Origin: a virus
Taxonomy: Duplodnaviria; Caudoviricetes
Length of the DNA: 64,000 nucleotides
Direction: 5' to 3' (one strand)
IMG/VR virus record: IMGVR_UViG_3300028186_000155
How positions within the stretch are numbered: position 1 is the first letter of the stretch; each line of letters opens with the position of its first letter. The notes below the pieces were generated by a model. The model was not told the DNA's origin. It did no database searches and was given only the letters and a program-made list of their open reading frames with translations. Position numbers and translations under genes: made by a program. Below, in pieces: positions 37,069 through 44,905 of this stretch.

Positions 37069-38544
37069 TTAAAGAACAGTGCGGTAATCGAAATCACCGT
37101 CAAAATGGATGTAATATCCATCGTCAATACTGCCGAGAGTGGCACGACCTTTCCCGTTGTCGTAGTGGTACGCGACTTGGCCATCGTTTTCGGTGGCACT
37201 CACGAAATACCCCATACGACGGAACATTTTTTCTAGGGATGGAACACCGCCCGCGCAGCTGAATGCCATGCCGTTTCCGCATTGACGGAAATCATCACAG
37301 TTGGCGAAACGCAGCAGGTATTTCAGGTCTTGGAAATTGTTCACGGTTTCCGAGGCACCTGCAAACATTTCGTCGCGGTGTTCTTGGAAATCGCGCACAG
37401 AGTGGTATTTCAGCAGGTCGGTTACATGATCCACGATCAGGCCAATGGTATCTTCGTCCGACATTTCCGGTTCTGCTTCGAAGTCGAAAACCGAATCGGA
37501 TGCAACTGCCAAATCACCTTGTTGTTCACGTTTTTCACGCGCTTTACGCTGGGCATCTTTGTACATGCGCGTCATGTTGTCGCGAGCGCTAATTGTGTTA
37601 ATGAAATCCAGTTCCTCTTTGGTCAGGGCTTCACCAGCTTCATGGCGCTTCAGCAAGGATTTATGGCGTTTACGATCAACGTCAGAAACGTTAAATTTGC
37701 CCGCTTTGTAATCCTTGTGCAAACGACCGGCTGCGCTTTGGCTCTTCGAATCGTCATCATCGAAGTTTTCGGTGCCCAGTGCTTTGCGTTCGTCGCGGCG
37801 TTTCTTCTCACGTGCGGCTTTCAGTTCGTTGATATCATCACGCAGGTTTTTGCCGTGTTTCGAACCGGCCCACATGTTGAACAACGTAACGCCCATCAGC
37901 ACGCCCAGCGGGGCCGCAGCCATGCCACACGCCATTACACCAGCACCCAGCAGGGCCATGGTTGCAATACCGCCCAAAACGCGGTGCATTGCGTGTTTCT
38001 GCGTGGTGCTCAGGTCGTCGGGGTGTTCCTTGCCGCTTACCAGATCACGCGTAGCGGCCAGCCCACGCCCGTACATGTTGGGCAGGCGTTTTGCTTCTTT
38101 GCCAACAGTCTTGACGATATCCTGCTTGTTTTTGGTGATATTGTCCGCAGCTTCGCGCAGGTGGCTATCGGTCACATGATCGAGCGCCTGCAACGAAGCC
38201 GGGTTAATCACCGCAGTATTCGCCTTGTTGAATTCCGCGATTTCTTTGCGGGTGTTAATGTGTTCAGCACGCTTTTTGCGTTTTTCCTGAATCTGATCCT
38301 CGGACATAAAGCGATCACGGCCAACAGGCGCCACCGCTTTAGTTTTCTGCCCGTCTTCCACGTTATCGGGATCGCCTTTGTGCATCAGGAACCGATAGGA
38401 GGAATGCGGATAAAGTTTCAGATAACGCTCACGCTGCGATTTGGAGAGTTTGAGGAATTCCCCTTTACTCAGGCGCTTTTGCCATGTCGCCATTTCTTGC
38501 ACATGGCTGTCATCTTTGAACGCCCACGCTAGAGCAATAATCAT
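37069..38544 (-). CDS. Putative inner-head / ejected protein with a hydrophobic hairpin
   Basis: MIIALA N-terminus; GGIATMALLGAGVMACGMAAAPLGVLMGVTLF segment. Confidence 0.7.
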   Translation of the reverse strand: MIIALAWAFKDDSHVQEMATWQKRLSKGEFLKLSKSQRERYLKLYPHSSYRFLMHKGDPDNVEDGQKTKAVAPVGRDRFMSEDQIQEKRKKRAEHINTRKEIAEFNKANTAVINPASLQALDHVTDSHLREAADNITKNKQDIVKTVGKEAKRLPNMYGRGLAATRDLVSGKEHPDDLSTTQKHAMHRVLGGIATMALLGAGVMACGMAAAPLGVLMGVTLFNMWAGSKHGKNLRDDINELKAAREKKRRDERKALGTENFDDDDSKSQSAAGRLHKDYKAGKFNVSDVDRKRHKSLLKRHEAGEALTKEELDFINTISARDNMTRMYKDAQRKAREKREQQGDLAVASDSVFDFEAEPEMSDEDTIGLIVDHVTDLLKYHSVRDFQEHRDEMFAGASETVNNFQDLKYLLRFANCDDFRQCGNGMAFSCAGGVPSLEKMFRRMGYFVSATENDGQVAYHYDNGKGRATLGSIDDGYYIHFDGDFDYRTVL

Positions 38545-39616
38545 AGAAAAGATCCTGAATTGTGCGGTTCAGCACCACAATGTCGTTCGCCACATCGACC
38601 GGAATTTCTTGGCCAATGTACATACTTAACAAATTATCACGGTGCTTTGCCGCTTGTTTGAAGTAGCCCAATTGTTGGTAGCAGGCCATCAACATATGGT
38701 CTACCCACGGACCCGAATAATACTTGTCCTCGAAAATCATGTCGTATGCAGGACGTTCAAAATCGAGTGCGCTTTTGATTGTTGCAACCGCGTGTTCGTA
38801 GCGCTGGTGGCGGAAATAGAATTGCGCCAAATGGCAGTACGGTTCGCGGATGTTGTTGCAGTTTTGTATTGCGTGGCGGAACCACCATTCGACCGTGGAA
38901 AACTCTTCAGACATGGCGGCAATGCGCATGCAGCTTTCGGCCCGGAACGGTGCGTATTCTTCGATTTCGACGTGCTGTTGGTACAGCGAGGTCGCCATCT
39001 GGTAATTGCCCAGCGCATAATACTCACGCGCCAGATACTGAATATTGCGGGCGTCTTGCGGATTTTCAGATAGTGCGAGTTGCAGCAGATCGAGATAGTG
39101 CCCGGCTTCTTTCTCGGTTCCGTAGTGCACACAATGGATATCCAGCGTTGGCTTCAATCCGGTTTCGTGTGGCACCAGCAATTCGTGTACAGGGTATTGC
39201 CATGTAGCGCAATTACGGCGATGAATCGCGAGCCTTGGGTAAGATACGAGAATGTTACCCTGATCGTCATGATCATACACTAACGTATAGTTGGCCGAGG
39301 ACATTTCTTCAGTGAATTGATTTTCGACTACTTCCCGCCAATCGGGGGACAAACGTTCATCGAAATCCAGAGAAATGCAAACGTCGTAATCCTTCGGAAT
39401 ATATGATTGCGCTTCGTTTCGCGCATGGTCAAACCGGAAGGTTTTTCCAGTATGCAACTGGTGGACTACGGCGCCGCCTGCTTCCAGCAAGCCTATTGTG
39501 GCGTCTTTGCTGCCAGTGTCCAGCACAAAGATACCGTCTGCATCCTTCACGTTTTCCAGCCATTCGGAAACGTTGTGTTGCTCATTCTTCGCAATCGCGT
39601 ACACGGCAATTTTCAT
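38510..39616 (-). CDS. Family 2 glycosyltransferase with TPR repeats
   Basis: YAIAKNE, VLDTGSKDAT, FDHARN, SLDFDE (DxD), W..PVHE, followed by TPR helices. Confidence 0.9.
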   Translation of the reverse strand: MKIAVYAIAKNEQHNVSEWLENVKDADGIFVLDTGSKDATIGLLEAGGAVVHQLHTGKTFRFDHARNEAQSYIPKDYDVCISLDFDERLSPDWREVVENQFTEEMSSANYTLVYDHDDQGNILVSYPRLAIHRRNCATWQYPVHELLVPHETGLKPTLDIHCVHYGTEKEAGHYLDLLQLALSENPQDARNIQYLAREYYALGNYQMATSLYQQHVEIEEYAPFRAESCMRIAAMSEEFSTVEWWFRHAIQNCNNIREPYCHLAQFYFRHQRYEHAVATIKSALDFERPAYDMIFEDKYYSGPWVDHMLMACYQQLGYFKQAAKHRDNLLSMYIGQEIPVDVANDIVVLNRTIQDLFYDYCSSVGVQR

Positions 39617-39933
39617 TACTTGACCCGCTCTTTATCGAAAGTCGAAATGCTGTCCATAATGGTCTTCACCAACTCGACGGCACCGGTTTCATTCGGCGCA
39701 GCTTTGAGGTCGCGAGGCCACTTCACATTGCGATAGTCGTTGTTGGTTTTTACGTCCGAAATGCCCCACGCTTCGGACTTTTCCAGTGTCACTACAGCCA
39801 GCCCATTGCGAGTGTCGTACACCATCAGGCTCAGGCGTGGCAACACTCCCTCTTTTTCGTGATGCTCCACAACTTTTACATCGTAGTTGTAATCACGGGC
39901 TAACATGGATTGGACTAGGGGTACGGTGTTCAT
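39616..39933 (-). CDS. Hypothetical protein
   Basis: 105 aa, TAATG coupling to the glycosyltransferase. Confidence 0.65.
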   Translation of the reverse strand: MNTVPLVQSMLARDYNYDVKVVEHHEKEGVLPRLSLMVYDTRNGLAVVTLEKSEAWGISDVKTNNDYRNVKWPRDLKAAPNETGAVELVKTIMDSISTFDKERVK

Positions 39934-39936
39934 TGG

Positions 39937-41880
39937 TTAAATTCCGTGTTTTTTGCGAAAAGTGTTGATCGTTTGTTTTGGGATTTTCAGGGATTCGGCT
40001 TCGGTGATTTTATTATTGGAAGACGATTCATCCTTCACGATCAGCAGAGTCGCCTGCTTAACCGTAGAGGCGATCTTACCACCGTTTGCAACGATCCATT
40101 TTTCCGCTTCTGCATCGCGGACGGAAGTGAACAGCACGGACTGTCCCGCCATCTTGGAACCAGAGACTTCTACCTTTTTGGCCGCCACCAATTTGATGCC
40201 GTTCCGTTTGCAGAATTTGATAAAGGTCTTCAGGTTTCCAGCAATTTGCGTAGCCAGTTTGTCGAAGCCTTTGATGTTCCGCACACGTTGCTCCAGCTGG
40301 CGGTCATCCCACTGCTTTTCCAGCAGATCGGGAATGTCGTCGTAAATCAGCTGTAGACGTTTGCCGCCGATGCCTTCGCCAAATGCGGCGCTGCCTTCTG
40401 CGACATTGAGGAACGTCATTTTCGACTTTGTAGATTTCAGATTTTTCTGTAGCTTAACTGCCGATTGATCAGCATAGCCGGGCAGTTGTTTAATGTCTGC
40501 CAAATCCATATCTAGGATTTTCTTCACCGTGTCGTAACCAGCGTCAACCAGCTTGGTGACAACACCTTGCTTAACGCCGTCAATTTCCAGCACAGTGAAG
40601 AAATGGGTTAGTTCTTTGATGGTGCGCAGATCGGATTTTTCGTCGTGCACCGCATACAGGAATTTGCCTTTGCGTTTGAAAGGCTGATCAGGTTTCGCTG
40701 GCTTTTTCGCACCCTGCACAACTTCCATAATGTACGGAATCACGTCACCAGAGCGCACGGCCCGGATGGTGGCACCAACGTTAATGGGGCGTGGGGAGTA
40801 CGGAGGCTTACCGCCGTTTTTCTTCACCTGCGCTTCGCTGTAACCGTTCTCGATGAATTCGTAATTGTGCGCAGTAAAACTGGTCACAGAAACGCCACCG
40901 ATAATGGTCGGATCGATCTTGATAACCTGCGTGAGTTTTCCGAGGCGGGATTCTTCGAACACCACGTCTACCACAGGGATCACTACCGAATTTGCAAGGC
41001 TGTTAAATTTGACTGCATACGAATGGCTTGGATAACCGGCAGTCACCTTGTAGGCAATGTTCTGCGTGGCCACCACACCATCGATATCGCGGCCAGATTC
41101 GGCCTTGCGTTGATCGTGATATTTTTCCAGCGATTCTTGCGTGATTTTCTTAACCACAATGTGCGGCACCACGTCGAACTTGTAGCGTTCCAAAATGGCC
41201 AGCTGTTCGTTGAGTGGGATACCCGCACCTTTGCCCATGAGGATTTCGTAACACACGACGCGGAATTTCTTCATGCTTTCGTGCGCCACGTTTCGATTCA
41301 ACAGACCGGCCCCCATGTTGCGGCTGGTCTTGTATTCTGCGGCAAAGTGTTTTTGGAATACGGTTTTGTCAGCTGTGAATTCCGCACGCACCGAGAACCG
41401 GCCTTTGTACGGAATCTTTTTCGGAATCTTCAGCAATGGAATTGCTTTGGAAATGTCCTTGCCAACCACACCCGATTTACCGCGAGTGGTCAGCAACACA
41501 GGCACACCGCCGTCGTATGTGAGCGCCAGCGAAATACCGTCTTCTTTATCGGACAGGGTAAAGCTGGTGTGCTTCATGAATTGCAGCCGTTTGGCTTCGG
41601 ACAGAGTGTTGAATTTCTCCAGCGAAGCCATCGGCACTTCCAATTGAATGTCGGCGTTTTTCACACCACCAACATCCTTGGAAGTCTTCTTTCTTTTCTT
41701 TTGCGACCAGCGATAATCATCCATGATATCGTACTGGTCATCACCAACAATTTCTTTCCCTTTGCGATACCGATCATCCAACTCTTCCAGCACGGCATCT
41801 AGTTGAGGAAGCGGCAACGATTGCGCAAATTTCAAAGGTGCGTTTCTCATTGCGCGCTTCTGTTCAAGCGTGAATTTCAT
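39937..41880 (-). CDS. ligA: NAD-dependent DNA ligase
   Basis: Domain Ia (Y..G...DDQYD), KEDG motif I, SRN, IDGVV, AVKF, TAHN, RSGDVIP, HhH repeats, C-terminal BRCT. Confidence 0.93.
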   Translation of the reverse strand: MKFTLEQKRAMRNAPLKFAQSLPLPQLDAVLEELDDRYRKGKEIVGDDQYDIMDDYRWSQKKRKKTSKDVGGVKNADIQLEVPMASLEKFNTLSEAKRLQFMKHTSFTLSDKEDGISLALTYDGGVPVLLTTRGKSGVVGKDISKAIPLLKIPKKIPYKGRFSVRAEFTADKTVFQKHFAAEYKTSRNMGAGLLNRNVAHESMKKFRVVCYEILMGKGAGIPLNEQLAILERYKFDVVPHIVVKKITQESLEKYHDQRKAESGRDIDGVVATQNIAYKVTAGYPSHSYAVKFNSLANSVVIPVVDVVFEESRLGKLTQVIKIDPTIIGGVSVTSFTAHNYEFIENGYSEAQVKKNGGKPPYSPRPINVGATIRAVRSGDVIPYIMEVVQGAKKPAKPDQPFKRKGKFLYAVHDEKSDLRTIKELTHFFTVLEIDGVKQGVVTKLVDAGYDTVKKILDMDLADIKQLPGYADQSAVKLQKNLKSTKSKMTFLNVAEGSAAFGEGIGGKRLQLIYDDIPDLLEKQWDDRQLEQRVRNIKGFDKLATQIAGNLKTFIKFCKRNGIKLVAAKKVEVSGSKMAGQSVLFTSVRDAEAEKWIVANGGKIASTVKQATLLIVKDESSSNNKITEAESLKIPKQTINTFRKKHGI

Positions 41881-43172
41881 AGACGTTTTCCGGGGGTCAT
41901 TTCGAGGTCGGCTGCCTTTTCCATGATCTTGTCGAGTGCGTCACCTTCCAGTTTCTTCCCGACTTTCACGGATTTGACGTTGCGCAGGTCTTCACCCGCG
42001 TGAACCTTGTAATGGCGCAGGGATTTGGTATCTTCGTTGTAGAGCACCAGCGAATCGGACATGCCCTGTTCTTCAATACCAACAATTACCCATTCGGAAT
42101 TGTCACGGCTGATCAGCACCAAACCTTCCTCGGCCAGCACTGCTTCATCGTCCACAATTTCCTCACCATCCTCGTCAACTTCCTGATCTTTGTGGAAGTC
42201 CATTTCAGGGTCTTCCTCTTCCTCGAAGTCTTCGTCTTCGAGGTCAGTAATTGACGGTTCCTCTCCATTATTTACAGTATCTTCTTCGAGTGGGAAATCT
42301 TCATCCGTTACAGGATTCAATACTTCCTCTTCATCCTCCGGCTCGAAGTCGAAGTCTTGGTCCATATCTTCGTAATCGAAGGTAGTCACCAATTGCTTGA
42401 TACGTTCTGCGTGTTTCTCACTTTCTGCATCGCCCGTTTTGGTCGGACGCGGGTCAGTGGATTTCGGTTTGATCGGGATTTTAATACGCCGGGCAGCAGC
42501 ACGTTTAGGCAGCGAGTCTTTCAGTTCGCTGAATTCCACAATGCCGGTCTGCTGGCGCGCCCGTGGCAAAATGTCGGTGTTGTTGGTGATTTGTTCGTAC
42601 AGGTCGTGGGCAATCAATACCCGTTCGCCGTTCGGCATGATGATGTAACCACCATGCGATTTACGCAAATAGCGCAAACCAATTTCATCACCCGGTTTCA
42701 GCACCGCCCGCGACGTACCGTAATGCTTGGTGGTGACTGGGGTCGAGTGCATGACCTTGCGCCACTGATAATCGTCGCGGTTGTAGCTTTCGGTTTCCCG
42801 TGGCTTGCTTGGACTGGTCCAGAATTGCGATTCGAGACGGTCATTTTGCAGACGACCTTTGCTCATGTAGGAATGCCGGGCACCTTCCTTTTTCGGTGCG
42901 TCGGGAATGCCCGTGTATTCCTTGAATCGTTTAATGAACTTGTCGATTTGTTCTTGCTTGATAGAGCGGTAAATCTTTTGTGGATATTTGGCCAGCACAA
43001 CTTGATAGGCACCAGCGGTTGGGCCGCGTGTAGCCTTTCGGAAACCCATCAGGTCATCAGGTTCAACCTTGATCGGCGTGCCGTCCAGATTGAGTTCGAA
43101 TTGTTTGCCCGCGTTATACATCCATTCGAACTGCTTGAAATCAGCTGGTGACGCGGCGAGGGCAATAATCAT
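41877..43172 (-). CDS. Putative inner-head protein (MIIALAAS N-terminus) with acidic linker
   Basis: 431 aa; shared N-terminal tag. Confidence 0.7.
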   Translation of the reverse strand: MIIALAASPADFKQFEWMYNAGKQFELNLDGTPIKVEPDDLMGFRKATRGPTAGAYQVVLAKYPQKIYRSIKQEQIDKFIKRFKEYTGIPDAPKKEGARHSYMSKGRLQNDRLESQFWTSPSKPRETESYNRDDYQWRKVMHSTPVTTKHYGTSRAVLKPGDEIGLRYLRKSHGGYIIMPNGERVLIAHDLYEQITNNTDILPRARQQTGIVEFSELKDSLPKRAAARRIKIPIKPKSTDPRPTKTGDAESEKHAERIKQLVTTFDYEDMDQDFDFEPEDEEEVLNPVTDEDFPLEEDTVNNGEEPSITDLEDEDFEEEEDPEMDFHKDQEVDEDGEEIVDDEAVLAEEGLVLISRDNSEWVIVGIEEQGMSDSLVLYNEDTKSLRHYKVHAGEDLRNVKSVKVGKKLEGDALDKIMEKAADLEMTPGKRL

Positions 43173-44839
43173 GTCACAATAATCTCTTTCTGCGCGGTGA
43201 CGGTTTCATGTTGGAGCGTGTAGGAAACTTGCAGCAAATAAGTGCCCGGAACTTTCGCAGTCACTTGGCCAAGGTAATTCGAAACGTTGTCGTCCGAACA
43301 GAACCAAAGCGCAGATGCCACACGTTCCGAACCATCGCTGAAGGTTACAAACGCTTCAAAGTTTGTCGGTGTATTTGCACGCAGGGTTTCCGGCCCGGAA
43401 ATTCGCATTTCGGTCGGGTACGTGCGATTGTCGATAATGGTTACAGGCAGCTGCGCCTCAAGATCCACACCACTGATCGACAGCGTTGCATAAATCGTGA
43501 GTTCTGCGGTTTCCATCACCTGCACCGCATGCAACACACCGGCAGCGGAAATGCTGGCAATGTGATGATTGGACAATTCCCATTTGGCAGGCAGCACAAT
43601 GTCTGTGCCATCCGCGTAAACAACGTGGAATTTCAACGATTGATATTCACCAACATACATCGGACTACGCAGTTCAATCCAGCAACGAACAGGCAGCGTA
43701 CCACTGGGCACAACTTCAACCGTTTTGTATGCCGTGAGGTTTTCATAGGCAGCCATCAAGCTAACTGGCGTATCCTGAATCACCTGCGGCACCGCGTGGA
43801 ATTGGTTGCCGTCATCGAGGTGGCCAACGGCGGTTACTGTGTGAATTTTCGATTGGACAGCTTTACGCGTTCCATCACTGAAAATCAACGTGGTGTAATA
43901 CTGCACCACAAGGCCTTCGCGCACTTTGGCCGGGCCTTCAATTACCAACGTTTCCGGCCTTACGGTCAGGTCCACCACGCTCAATTCGATTGAAGCGCTG
44001 GTGACAATTCCTTCGTATTCGTAGGTGCCAATAATCGTGGTGGTTTCAACACCTTCGACAGCGTTCGCAACGAATGCACCATTGACCTCAACGTGTCCCG
44101 CTTTCGGGTTGGTGTTAATCCAATTGGCGACAACTTCGTTATTTTTTCCATTGTCGAACAGAACATCGAGGCCAAAGGTTGCACGGCCCTTTTCCATGAC
44201 AATCGAAGGCCCGATAACGTGGGCTTTGACTGGATGAATCGAATGATCTTCTACCAAAATATCAAGGGATACTTGGCGGGTCACGTTGTTGGCCGTGTAG
44301 GTGGCGGTAAAGCGCACCATGGCCGAGCCGCGAATCTTTTGGAAATGCGCAACGCCCGTCGTGTCGATTGTGGCAACGCTGGGGCGGCTGGAAACAAACG
44401 TGGTGGGTACAACAGGAACAACAGAACCGTTATCGAAATGCGCTTGCACAACGTAAGGTTCAACCGTGTTTTTCTCCACCTCGGTTTTACCGTCGATGGA
44501 AATGGAAACTAGGGCGGGCGGTGTATCGGTATCACGCACGGAAACCGTGGTGATGGCAGTCAACGTAGTTTCAGACGCGGCATGGTAATACCGGCAATGC
44601 AACTGCACCGGGCGGGTGCCTGTCGTAACTGATCCTGCGGTGAATAATCCAGTCAGAGAAATTGTGCCGTACTGACCACCAGAAGAAACAGACCATTCGG
44701 CCTCGACTTCATGTTGCGAATTGTCGTCAAAAGTAACGACGGCACGCATCTGAAACGTCGTGCGCTCCGCAAGTGGAGCACTAGGGCCGATCAAATCCAG
44801 TTGTACCGGCCATAGTTCCTCAAAGCTAGTGTCGGCCAT
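43169..44839 (-). CDS. Virion protein made of tandem Ig-like (Big_2-type) domains
   Basis: About six repeats of I.GP..V.E......A...F.DG......W.....I...G. Confidence 0.8.
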   Translation of the reverse strand: MADTSFEELWPVQLDLIGPSAPLAERTTFQMRAVVTFDDNSQHEVEAEWSVSSGGQYGTISLTGLFTAGSVTTGTRPVQLHCRYYHAASETTLTAITTVSVRDTDTPPALVSISIDGKTEVEKNTVEPYVVQAHFDNGSVVPVVPTTFVSSRPSVATIDTTGVAHFQKIRGSAMVRFTATYTANNVTRQVSLDILVEDHSIHPVKAHVIGPSIVMEKGRATFGLDVLFDNGKNNEVVANWINTNPKAGHVEVNGAFVANAVEGVETTTIIGTYEYEGIVTSASIELSVVDLTVRPETLVIEGPAKVREGLVVQYYTTLIFSDGTRKAVQSKIHTVTAVGHLDDGNQFHAVPQVIQDTPVSLMAAYENLTAYKTVEVVPSGTLPVRCWIELRSPMYVGEYQSLKFHVVYADGTDIVLPAKWELSNHHIASISAAGVLHAVQVMETAELTIYATLSISGVDLEAQLPVTIIDNRTYPTEMRISGPETLRANTPTNFEAFVTFSDGSERVASALWFCSDDNVSNYLGQVTAKVPGTYLLQVSYTLQHETVTAQKEIIVT

Positions 44840-44865
44840 GAGAAAACATTCTCCATATTCAACGG

Positions 44866-44898
44866 AAAAAGCGGGGAAACCAAAATGGAATCCCCGCC
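44866..44898 (-). terminator. Rho-independent terminator
   Basis: GGCGGGGATTCC...TTTCCCCGC followed by TTTTT. Confidence 0.7.
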
Positions 44899-44905
44899 TG
44901 TTCTG

